A stretch of 64,000 nt of DNA from an uncultured Candidatus Saccharibacteria bacterium (GTDB lineage Bacteria; Patescibacteriota; Minisyncoccia; Phycocordibacterales; PALSA-1337): positions 9,529-73,528 of the forward strand of contig CAYOTK010000003.1 of the NCBI GenBank assembly GCA_964406895.1, in the 5' to 3' direction. The position numbers and the translations under genes are program-made. This document shows, in pieces, positions 51,132-59,438 of this stretch (position 1 is the stretch's first letter; each line of letters starts with the position of its first letter). The notes beneath the pieces are model-generated. The model was given only the letters and a program-made list of their open reading frames with translations, was not told the origin of the DNA and did no database searches.

Positions 51132-51147
51132 ACCGAAGGGCCGGGGG
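51100..51147 (-). terminator. GC-rich hairpin terminator for the minus-strand two-gene operon
   Basis: ccccgacc-gatcggttgaaccgaag-ggccgggg stem, with a T-rich tract 3' on the minus strand. Confidence 0.4.
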
Positions 51148-51193
51148 TGACAGAATTACCGTATGGATCTCACCTTGTCAACAGCATCGAACT

Positions 51194-51586
51194 TTACCTC
51201 AAAGACGCTAGAAGACCACTCACACTTGACGAGGTAACCGAAAGGGTGAATTCATCGTCAGTCGAAATTACTTCAAGTGTCCACAGTGGTGATTGAAGCT
51301 TGATGGTTCCGCCTCCACCAACACCATGCACGCCAGAGACCGTTATTTCTTGCGCGTGCACAGAGGGAAGACCAAGTTCGGGCAACTTGCTCACCAACTG
51401 ACCTAGGGGTGTACAGCCAAGCTCGGTCAGAGCACTGTCAATGTTGTGTCCGTTCGGCATCAGATTTGGCGTCTCGTTCGCAATCGCTACTTGTTCGAAT
51501 AACTGCAGGAACTCTGCCATTTGGACAGCTTGAGAGTTCCCACCATCCAACAATTTCAACAGGTTGATATTTGTTTGCATAACCAT
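51194..51586 (-). CDS. hypothetical 130-aa protein with a Gly-rich loop (GVHGVGGGGT), in a high-GC island
   Basis: Second gene of a two-gene minus-strand operon. No family recognised. Confidence 0.45.
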   Translation of the reverse strand: MVMQTNINLLKLLDGGNSQAVQMAEFLQLFEQVAIANETPNLMPNGHNIDSALTELGCTPLGQLVSKLPELGLPSVHAQEITVSGVHGVGGGGTIKLQSPLWTLEVISTDDEFTLSVTSSSVSGLLASLR

Positions 51587-51592
51587 ACTCCT

Positions 51593-51904
51593 TCACTTAT
51601 TCCTCCGGGGTGAGCCGGGGAACTTAGTTGTTAGCAACACTTCCAATTTCTCCGCGCCGTGCGGGGAGTTGAGTATTGCTGTGAGTGCACCAAGAGAATC
51701 CTTTCCGTGGTCCCGAATCGCGCATGCATACCAGCGTCCAGCTTTCGCTTTCTTCTGGCTTCCGGTGTATTTAAACACCAGTGCATATGCTTTTGTGGGA
51801 CTTGAAGCAGATTCAACAAGGTTGAGCAATTTAGGACAAGTCCAAATTGCCTTGGAGCGTGTCAGATAACCAATGATTTCGACAGCGTCGTCCTCAGAGT
51901 ACAT
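51593..51904 (-). CDS. hypothetical 103-aa basic protein in a high-GC island
   Basis: First gene of the operon. A TTGTAA-N17-TG-TATAAT promoter and an AGGAA SD lie upstream on the minus strand (~51925-51985). Confidence 0.45.
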   Translation of the reverse strand: MYSEDDAVEIIGYLTRSKAIWTCPKLLNLVESASSPTKAYALVFKYTGSQKKAKAGRWYACAIRDHGKDSLGALTAILNSPHGAEKLEVLLTTKFPGSPRRNK

Positions 51905-52056
51905 GACGTGTTCCTTTCCTTTTCAAAGTGCCATTCAGAATGATGTTCCAAATACAGCTGTATCTGGCATTCTTACTGACAGTAATTATAACACGAGATT
52001 AAATATATTACAAGTCATAAAACATTCGAATATACCATCTTATTTTTTACGCTTAA

Positions 52057-52205
52057 GAAGCACCTGCATATACTTTTTGCACTCACCGCAAAATCGCCAT
52101 TCCAAATTGCAACCGTATTCGCTTCCACGGCTTCAGCGAATACGGGCAATTTGTTCATGGCTCAATCGCATTGCGGTGAGTGCAAAAAGTATATGCAGGT
52201 GCTTC
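52057..52205. repeat. 35-bp perfect inverted repeat with nested inner inverted repeats, forming a ~150-nt extended hairpin (MITE-like or structured-RNA element)
   Basis: Left arm 52057-52091 (gaagcacctgcatatactttttgcactcaccgcaa) is the exact reverse complement of the right arm 52171-52205. Inner pairs are caaattgc/gcaatttg and ccgtattcgc/gcgaatacgg around a 13-nt loop. Confidence 0.7.
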
Positions 52206-52232
52206 TCTACCCAATGTAAAAAATAGATGTAA

Positions 52233-52829
52233 TTAACTCCTAAACTCCCCAACCTTAACTCTCGGCGCCTTGAGTAACTTACCATTCAATGAGTAACCTT
52301 TTTGCAATACCTGTATAACAACTTGATCTTGTTTTTTGTCATCAACAGCAACGTGTTCAATCGCCTCATCTCTGTTGTGATCGAATTTTTCGCCTATAGG
52401 ATTGACTTCCTTCCAGCCATTTTCTCCGAGAACTTTCTTGAGTTGATTGTAGATATATTCGACACCTACACGCCAATTTTTGTCGACTTTCTCCCATGAT
52501 TCCTTGTTACCAATAGCCATGTCGAAACTTTCTAGGACAGGAATAAGGTCGCCAACAAGTCCTTCATTGGCATATTTCATGAATTCAGTGCGGTCAGCTT
52601 CATCACGCTTGCGAGCATTGATGAGATCTGCCTTGGCTCTTTGCCAACCGGTCAAATACTCTAGTTTCTCTGTTTCGGCTTTCTTAAGTTTTTCTTTGAG
52701 TGTCTTGATGATCTCTTTTGCGCTTTCTTCCGCCACGACAGAATCATCTACATTATCCGAATCAGTGTCGGATGAAATGTCAGCATCAATTTCAGGAACA
52801 ATATCTTTGTCGTCTAAATTATTGGCCAT
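52233..52829 (-). CDS. grpE: nucleotide exchange factor GrpE
   Basis: Coiled-coil N-terminus and a GrpE C-terminal domain (LIPVLESFDMA...). Confidence 0.9.
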   Translation of the reverse strand: MANNLDDKDIVPEIDADISSDTDSDNVDDSVVAEESAKEIIKTLKEKLKKAETEKLEYLTGWQRAKADLINARKRDEADRTEFMKYANEGLVGDLIPVLESFDMAIGNKESWEKVDKNWRVGVEYIYNQLKKVLGENGWKEVNPIGEKFDHNRDEAIEHVAVDDKKQDQVVIQVLQKGYSLNGKLLKAPRVKVGEFRS

Positions 52830-52901
52830 AGATAAATAATATCAAAAGTGTTGGAATTGGCAATTGCCAACAAATGAGATGTGTCGATATTAATAATGAC
52901 T

Positions 52902-53312
52902 TTAACGTTTGGACCACTGAGGACTCTTTCTGGCTTTCTTGAGACCGAATTTTCTGCGCTCTTTAGCACGAGGATCACGTTTCAAGAAACCGAGTTTCTT
53001 CAACTTACCACGAAGTTCTTTGTCGTATTCAATGAGAGCTCTAGCTATACCGTGTCTTGTTGCCTCTGATTGTGCAGATACGCCACCACCAACAACTTTG
53101 ACTACGACGTGAAATTTCTCTGAGATTTTGGAATTCTGTATAGGTTCCATAACTGTAGCTTGCATTTCTTTGACTGGGAAATATCCTGCTAAGTCTTTTT
53201 CGTTTATTTCATAACCAGCTTTTGATCCAGGGAATATGCGAACTCTCGCAACAGCAGTTTTGCGTCTTCCTACGGCCTCTATGTATTTGTGTGTTGATTT
53301 GGTTGGTGTCAT
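52902..53312 (-). CDS. rpsI: 30S ribosomal protein uS9
   Basis: GRRKTAVARV...GGGVSAQSEATRHGIARAL...KRDPRAKERRK. Confidence 0.9.
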   Translation of the reverse strand: MTPTKSTHKYIEAVGRRKTAVARVRIFPGSKAGYEINEKDLAGYFPVKEMQATVMEPIQNSKISEKFHVVVKVVGGGVSAQSEATRHGIARALIEYDKELRGKLKKLGFLKRDPRAKERRKFGLKKARKSPQWSKR

Positions 53313-53316
53313 TGTA

Positions 53317-53673
53317 TTAATTCTTTATTGTGAGATTCTTCATTCTAGGATCACGGAGCTTGTTGTCAGGAATCATTCTTCTAATAGCTCTCAAATATGC
53401 TTCTTTTATTCCTGCTCTTCTTATGAGCTCGCCCAATGTTTCTGACTCTAGACCACCGCGATGTCCTGTATATGTTACATATTTGTCGGAATCGCGTTTC
53501 TTGGCAGAAATATCCGTTGAATTGGCGTTTATGATTTCTACTTTGACTTGAGCTACAGTGTTCTTTGCGAAACTTGTAGACTTTTTGCCAAGCAAAATAC
53601 TAGCTGCTTCGCTCGCTATACGTCCCAATTTCTTGCCTTGTGCGTCTAGTGTGTATTTCATGGTTTTATACAA
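53317..53673 (-). CDS. rplM: 50S ribosomal protein uL13
   Basis: Typical L13 N-terminus; 118 aa. Confidence 0.9.
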   Translation of the reverse strand: MYKTMKYTLDAQGKKLGRIASEAASILLGKKSTSFAKNTVAQVKVEIINANSTDISAKKRDSDKYVTYTGHRGGLESETLGELIRRAGIKEAYLRAIRRMIPDNKLRDPRMKNLTIKN

Positions 53674-54016
53674 ATTCTATAAGTGACATCGGACTTCCAT
53701 CCATATCTCTGTTTGGTAATTTGACTATGCGTGTGTATCCTCCTTTGCGATCTTTGTATTTTGGAGCGACGACATCGAAAAGTTTCTTTGTTTCTTTTGC
53801 ACCCTGAATAGAAGTCATAACATTTCTCCTAGAAGCAACTGTGGAAACTTTTGCTTTTGTGATGAGCTTCTCTATCATGGGTCTCAACTCTTTTGCCTTG
53901 GCAGTAGTTGTTTTGATCTTTGAACCATTGATAAGATTGCGAGCCAAAGAACGCATCAAAGCATGACGTTGTGTTTTCTCTCTTCCAAATTTTCTTACGT
54001 TTGAATGATGTCGCAT
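53666..54016 (-). CDS. rplQ: 50S ribosomal protein bL17
   Basis: MRHHSNVRKFGREKTQRHALMRSLA... Confidence 0.9.
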   Translation of the reverse strand: MRHHSNVRKFGREKTQRHALMRSLARNLINGSKIKTTTAKAKELRPMIEKLITKAKVSTVASRRNVMTSIQGAKETKKLFDVVAPKYKDRKGGYTRIVKLPNRDMDGSPMSLIEFV

Positions 54017-54023
54017 GGTATTA

Positions 54024-54992
54024 TTATTTCAGACTTATGCCGTATTCAGATAAGACTTTTTTGATTTCTTGTATACCTTTTGAACCAAGGCCATCAATAT
54101 CCATAATATCTGACTCTTTCTTTCTGGCCAAACCTCCCAAAGTGCGAATGTTGCCATTTGTGAGAGCTTTGATAGTTCTGGAAGAAAAACCGAGAGCGTC
54201 GATCCTTGTTTTCAAAAGTTCTGCATTGTTCTCTTTCGAAGAGGCGTCTTCTGAAGATTCTGATTCATCTGCTTTCGCAGCAACTTCTGGTACAACTTCT
54301 TCTTCCTTGAATCCTACAACTGATTTGAGCTGATTGATCATAAGGATAATAGACTTTTCTAGAGCTTCACGTGCTGTGATAGTACCATCTGTTTCAATGG
54401 TTAATCTCAATCTGTTGAAATCTGTCCTGTCTCCAACGCGCATGTTTTCAACTTCATAATTTGCTTTTCTTATAGGTGTGAAAGCGGCATCAAGTGTTAT
54501 TGCGCCTATTTCTACTCTGTCTTTCTGAATGACTTCTTTTGATACGTAGCCGAGACCTTTCTCTGCAGTTAATTCGATCTCGAGTTCTGATGACTTGTCT
54601 GTAAGAGATGCTATGTGCTCATCTGCATTCATGATTTCGACTTGTCCTGGAGCCTCTATGTCTTTTGCTGTTACTTCCTTGATACCCTTTGCTTTGAGAG
54701 TCATTGTTTGTGGCTCATCTGTATTCAAACGAATGCGAAGTTTCTTCAAGTTGAGCAAAAGTGTTATAACGTCTTCCTTGACGCCATCAATTGCAGAAAA
54801 TTCATGGCTTACGCCTTTAATTTTGACTTTTGTAACCGCTGCACCAGGTAGGGATGAAAGTATGATTCTGCGAAGAGAGTTACCTAATGTGTGGCCATAT
54901 CCTGGATATAGGCCATCAATCTCATATGTACCAACGTTATCTTCCTCACGGATAATCTTTGGCTTTGATGGGAGTATTACTTCGTATATCAT
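54024..54992 (-). CDS. rpoA: DNA-directed RNA polymerase subunit alpha
   Basis: N-terminal dimerisation domain and a C-terminal alpha-CTD HhH region. Confidence 0.9.
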   Translation of the reverse strand: MIYEVILPSKPKIIREEDNVGTYEIDGLYPGYGHTLGNSLRRIILSSLPGAAVTKVKIKGVSHEFSAIDGVKEDVITLLLNLKKLRIRLNTDEPQTMTLKAKGIKEVTAKDIEAPGQVEIMNADEHIASLTDKSSELEIELTAEKGLGYVSKEVIQKDRVEIGAITLDAAFTPIRKANYEVENMRVGDRTDFNRLRLTIETDGTITAREALEKSIILMINQLKSVVGFKEEEVVPEVAAKADESESSEDASSKENNAELLKTRIDALGFSSRTIKALTNGNIRTLGGLARKKESDIMDIDGLGSKGIQEIKKVLSEYGISLK

Positions 54993-55039
54993 ATGTTTTT
55001 AAAATAGATTAGTAATTATACATTAAAATGATTAATTGT

Positions 55040-55642
55040 CTAGCGTGTATAGAACTCTAGCACTGCCTTAACGTCAAACAATAAGTCAGTCGTTTCAACA
55101 CTTGGAATACCATCAATCGTTATGGATTTCTTCTCGGCATCTATCTTGATCCATGCAGGAAACTTGACATTCTTGATTTCTTCATCGAGTTTGGCAAAAA
55201 TCGCTTTGTTCTTACTGCCCTCTCGGATAGTGATGACATCACCTTTTTTGACTGACAATGAAGGTATGGTTACGGCTTTGCCATTCACACAAATATGTCT
55301 ATGTGCAACCATTTGACGAGCTGCTGATCTAGAAGAAGCGAAACCTGCTCGCAAAATAACATTGTCCAATCTACTTTCTAGGATCTGAAGCAAATTCTTG
55401 GCATTGTCTCCTTGAGATTGGAGGGCCATCTTAACGTACTTTGTGAATTGATTACCAGATACACCATAGCTGAAACGTGCGCGTTGTTTCTCGATCATTT
55501 GCTTGCCGTACTCACTCTTTGCAGAAAAACTCTTATTCTTGAGTTTTCTCTGAGAACGTATTGCGTATTTTTGTGTTTGAGTCTTACGGAAGACTGGAAC
55601 ACCCAAATATCTAGCTCTTTTGTATCTTGGACCGATTTTCAT
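55040..55642 (-). CDS. rpsD: 30S ribosomal protein uS4
   Basis: S4 domain (RQMVAHRHICVNGKAVTIPS). Confidence 0.9.
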   Translation of the reverse strand: MKIGPRYKRARYLGVPVFRKTQTQKYAIRSQRKLKNKSFSAKSEYGKQMIEKQRARFSYGVSGNQFTKYVKMALQSQGDNAKNLLQILESRLDNVILRAGFASSRSAARQMVAHRHICVNGKAVTIPSLSVKKGDVITIREGSKNKAIFAKLDEEIKNVKFPAWIKIDAEKKSITIDGIPSVETTDLLFDVKAVLEFYTR

Positions 55643-55652
55643 ATGATTTTAA

Positions 55653-56084
55653 TTATACTCTTCTTGGCTTCTTAGGCTGAGGACCATTGTGAGGTACAGG
55701 AGTCTCATCCTTGATAGATGAAATGGTCACACCTTTGCTGATAAAACCTCTAATGGCTGATTCTCGACCAGATCCAACACCCTTTACTACGACACTAATC
55801 TCGCGAAGACCAAGGTTTTGTGCTTTGAGGGCCAAAGTCTCGCCAACTTTTGCAGCTGCGAAAGGTGTGCCTTTCTTGGCTCCACGGAATCCTGCGCCAC
55901 CACTCGATCCCCACATAAGCGCATTACCATGTGTGTCTGTAAGCATGACTTTTGTATTGTTGTATGTTGATTGGACATGAAGAATACCAACATCAACACG
56001 CTTCTTTGAGCCAGAAGAAACTGGCTTGGACTTTCCATCATTTGATTCTGCACCTTGAGTTGTGACAATGCGTTTTTTTCCCAT
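55653..56084 (-). CDS. rpsK: 30S ribosomal protein uS11
   Basis: GILHVQSTYNNTKV... Confidence 0.9.
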   Translation of the reverse strand: MGKKRIVTTQGAESNDGKSKPVSSGSKKRVDVGILHVQSTYNNTKVMLTDTHGNALMWGSSGGAGFRGAKKGTPFAAAKVGETLALKAQNLGLREISVVVKGVGSGRESAIRGFISKGVTISSIKDETPVPHNGPQPKKPRRV

Positions 56085-56099
56085 GTTAATGTTTTATGA

Positions 56100-56480
56100 T
56101 TATTTCTTTTCTTCTTTCCTGCGACCTGATCCCATAGTCTTGCGTGTATTACCACGAACTGTTCTGGAATTGGTCTTTGATCTTTGACCACGAGCAGGAA
56201 GATGTCTGCTATGTCTCGAACCTCTGTAGGTTTTGATATCCTTGAGGCGTTTTATGTTGCCAGCAACTTCACGTTTCAAGTCTCCCTCTATCTTGAAGGA
56301 CTCAACTAGTTTGCGAATAGAATTTTCTTGATCTACTGTAAGGTCTTTTGGTTTGATCGAAGCGTCAATCCTGGTTTTGAGTAAAATATGTTTTGCTCTG
56401 GATCTGCCGATGCCATAAACAGCTGTCAAAGCAATATCAAGTCTTTTGTTTTCTGGAAGTGTTATACCAAGGATTCTCAT
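56100..56480 (-). CDS. rpsM: 30S ribosomal protein uS13
   Basis: MRILGITLPENKRLDIALTAVYGIGRSRA. Confidence 0.9.
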   Translation of the reverse strand: MRILGITLPENKRLDIALTAVYGIGRSRAKHILLKTRIDASIKPKDLTVDQENSIRKLVESFKIEGDLKREVAGNIKRLKDIKTYRGSRHSRHLPARGQRSKTNSRTVRGNTRKTMGSGRRKEEKK

Positions 56481-56493
56481 TGTATTAAAATAT

Positions 56494-56610
56494 TAGCCTT
56501 GTCTTTGCTTGTGACGTGGATTGGCCTTGCAGATAACATAAACATAACTACCGCGGCGCACCACGTTACATTTCGGACAAATTCTTTTTACTGCTGCTTT
56601 GACTTTCATT
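56494..56610 (-). CDS. rpmJ: 50S ribosomal protein bL36 (38 aa, below the ORF-track cutoff)
   Basis: Translated by hand as [38 protein letters not shown]. It lies between rpsM and infA, as expected. Confidence 0.7.
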
Positions 56611-56831
56611 TATAATCTTCGCGTTATCCTTGCTCTTCCCCCATAAGGGTCAAGCTCCAATTCAACCTTATCCCCTATAAGCACACGAATTCTGTTCATT
56701 CGCATCTTGCCAGCAAGATATGCCAATACTATATTTTCGCTTCCTTCGATTTGGACTCGAAATAAAGTATCTGGCAAGGCTTCTGTAACTGTGCCTCTTT
56801 CTGTGCTTTTTGATTTGGGCGCGGTTTCCAT
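56610..56831 (-). CDS. infA: translation initiation factor IF-1
   Basis: S1-like OB fold (GTVTEALPDTLFRVQIEGSENIVLAYLAGKMRMNRIRVLIGDKV). Confidence 0.85.
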   Translation of the reverse strand: METAPKSKSTERGTVTEALPDTLFRVQIEGSENIVLAYLAGKMRMNRIRVLIGDKVELELDPYGGRARITRRL

Positions 56832-56887
56832 TGTTTGTAGCGCGTTAAGAGATATTAGCAGATAAGCCCTATAATAGTCAATAGGTA

Positions 56888-58294
56888 TTACTTGTTTTCG
56901 ACATTAATAGTAATCTTATCGGGATTCGATGGGACTCTTGACCATGGTGGTACTAATTCTCCTGAAGCTTTGTCTACAACAGCTCCATATGGCTTGAATA
57001 TAGACAATGTTTGTGAAAGAGATGATCCTGCAAGCTTGGATTTTATTTCGTCTATAGGAACAATTCCTACGAGTTTCAAATCTCCCTTCGCATGAATTAT
57101 CAAAGTGTTTTTATTTGTCGCCGAAAAGTCTTTTGTATTTGCAACATTCACTGCAAGTTTATCCAAGCCCACGGCGTCAAATTCAAAATTATCGAAAGAT
57201 GCCACCGTTTTGCTTCCTGCGAGTTTTGTAATAAGATCTCGCTTTTTCATTATCACTCCACTCATTGTTCCCTGAATTGAAAGCAAAGCGACACTACTAG
57301 AAGTTGCATTTGATATTGATGGCGAAGAATAGTTGGTTTGTTTCAAGGTATTGAAGAATATATATCCTTCAGGGACTGAATTCTGGATTTTCTCTGCAAG
57401 CATATCTACCAATTTGCCTTGAAGAATTGCAGTAGATGATGCCAGAGTTTTCGAATCCACAATTTTCTTATCACTATCAGCACCACCTGAAATATCAGCT
57501 GTTACATCAGCATAAATAGTATCGTATTTCGGAGATCCTTTGTAAGCTACTATTTTGAGTCTCGTGTCGGATGAATTCCTGGAAATATTGTATATCTGTC
57601 CGGGTTGATCGGCGGTTACTAATACGGAGATTTTACCCGGTGTTGATTTGCCATTTGTGACGATCTGCCCAGGAATTATAACTGACGATTGTGTTTTGTA
57701 TATATAACCCTTACTAGAAGCCAAACGAGTTCCCGCTATCAGTCTTTGAGGCTGCGAACTAAAAGTATTGTATACAGTGATCTTTCCCTTTGCCTTCGTA
57801 GAGCTTTGAGGAATATTAGATGCGGGAACTGATAGTGTCTGAGTATCTGTTACGGATATTAGTTCGTATGAAAGAGTATCTGCTGAAGGAGCGTGTCTAA
57901 CCACATAATCACCGTTTATATTCACAGGAATGATCTTCGGAGTAATAGTAAAAGTGGCTTTTGTATAGAATGAAGATGCGAAATATCCAATAACGGCGAT
58001 TATAAGAATAACAGATGCAGAAATAATGAAGACATTGGGTCTTCTCTTCTCCCCATTGCGTTCGCGGGTCTTCTTGGTTGGTGCTGTATCTATTGTGATC
58101 TTTCGGAGATGTATTTCTCTTTCGCTTATTTCCTCATCATCTATTGTGGCCACGCTATTATCGACCTCATCGACAGATGATATCTCCTCTGGTTCTTTTT
58201 CTTTGCGAGTTTTTTTGCGAGGCTTGTCATCGAGAGATATATCTCGGATTGAGCGTCGTTCATTTGGAACTATATCTTGTACTCTTCTTGGCAT
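56888..58294 (-). CDS. hypothetical bitopic membrane protein with a large extracytoplasmic domain
   Basis: 468 aa. A charged N-terminal ~100 aa, one TM helix, then a Ser/Thr-rich beta domain. Confidence 0.5.
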   Translation of the reverse strand: MPRRVQDIVPNERRSIRDISLDDKPRKKTRKEKEPEEISSVDEVDNSVATIDDEEISEREIHLRKITIDTAPTKKTRERNGEKRRPNVFIISASVILIIAVIGYFASSFYTKATFTITPKIIPVNINGDYVVRHAPSADTLSYELISVTDTQTLSVPASNIPQSSTKAKGKITVYNTFSSQPQRLIAGTRLASSKGYIYKTQSSVIIPGQIVTNGKSTPGKISVLVTADQPGQIYNISRNSSDTRLKIVAYKGSPKYDTIYADVTADISGGADSDKKIVDSKTLASSTAILQGKLVDMLAEKIQNSVPEGYIFFNTLKQTNYSSPSISNATSSSVALLSIQGTMSGVIMKKRDLITKLAGSKTVASFDNFEFDAVGLDKLAVNVANTKDFSATNKNTLIIHAKGDLKLVGIVPIDEIKSKLAGSSLSQTLSIFKPYGAVVDKASGELVPPWSRVPSNPDKITINVENK

Positions 58295-58313
58295 AAGAAT
58301 AATTTAACACAAA

Positions 58314-59417
58314 TTATCTAGTGTGTATATTGTTAATAGTTCCTATCAAAATTTCATTATGATTGAAATCAAGAATTGTTGAACCGGAAAATTCTGAATT
58401 CAGAAATGTTTTGAACAATTCTTTGTATTGGTCTGAATTGATGGTTATGTTTTTTGTAAACTTGGCCAAATTCTGCAGGTCTTTCATGGTCATGTCTAAT
58501 ACATTTTTCCATTCTTTCAAAGATTGTCTTATTGCCTCGAATTCATGATTATTGGAATGTATCAGAATATTTTTTTCATACATAGAAATGAGTGAATCAG
58601 TTGAATGATGTTTATGTTTTGATTTTTCACTTACTTTGCGCAGTAGAGTTTTGTATCCATAAGGAAATGAAGCCGTGAATATATTTCTGCCCCTATCTAG
58701 AACAGTAACTTCTGACAATTCGCCGTGTATATTGATTATTGAACCAGAGAACGTATCTGGGAAGGTGTCTCTGATGCCTAATTGGAGCAAAGAAATGATC
58801 GAATGATAGTGTATCTTCTTGCTGGTTGTGTATTTCTTGCAAATTGCCTGAATGCTTTTGATAAAATCTCTACTAGAAATACTGATGATATAAGAAATTT
58901 CCAAATGAGAAGCAATATGTTTTGTGAAATTCTTGACTTCATAACCATTGAGCTTGATGGTGGTGACTTTTTCCTCTATGACTGCTAGATTTTTGTCCAA
59001 TTGCAATTGTTTCTTGTGATTCTTGAGTATATCGTCCACGTGGCGATAGTTAATCTCTGTATTCGGTTTCGTATCAAGAGAAATTGTTTTGGTTTGAGTT
59101 GTCGACCATGGAGAAGATAGGCATATATCCACAAAACCAATACTGCCACCGAGTTTAGATTGAGGATCAGTCTTTTTTAGCTTGGTTATGTGTAAATGCA
59201 CTTGTTCCAGTGTTTCTGAAAGGCAATTCTTGACTGTATTCACATATCTCTTACTGCCCTCTTTCTCTTTGTACTCGAAATGGCTTTCGAATGCTCCAAT
59301 AACAAGTCTCTCTTGTGCATTCTTCATAGCGAGTAGTAGATGAACTCTTATGAGAGAACTTTGTATTTCAATGATAAGGTCAATATTGTTTTTCTTTTGT
59401 AGACCCAAAAAACTCAT
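58314..59417 (-). CDS. hypothetical cytoplasmic protein, possibly an actin-like ATPase (PilM/FtsA-like) - weak
   Basis: 367 aa. The N-terminus IDLIIEIQSSLIRVHLL loosely resembles the IDIGSSSIKVVEL phosphate-1 motif of PilM/FtsA. Confidence 0.4.
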   Translation of the reverse strand: MSFLGLQKKNNIDLIIEIQSSLIRVHLLLAMKNAQERLVIGAFESHFEYKEKEGSKRYVNTVKNCLSETLEQVHLHITKLKKTDPQSKLGGSIGFVDICLSSPWSTTQTKTISLDTKPNTEINYRHVDDILKNHKKQLQLDKNLAVIEEKVTTIKLNGYEVKNFTKHIASHLEISYIISISSRDFIKSIQAICKKYTTSKKIHYHSIISLLQLGIRDTFPDTFSGSIINIHGELSEVTVLDRGRNIFTASFPYGYKTLLRKVSEKSKHKHHSTDSLISMYEKNILIHSNNHEFEAIRQSLKEWKNVLDMTMKDLQNLAKFTKNITINSDQYKELFKTFLNSEFSGSTILDFNHNEILIGTINNIHTR

Positions 59418-59438
59418 GCCTATATTATATCACAAGTA

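Noticed and set aside
51873-52226. 117-aa plus-strand ORF spanning the 35-bp inverted repeat
   Set aside because: This open frame runs straight through a perfect palindrome. It is inferred to be a non-coding structured element, not a CDS.
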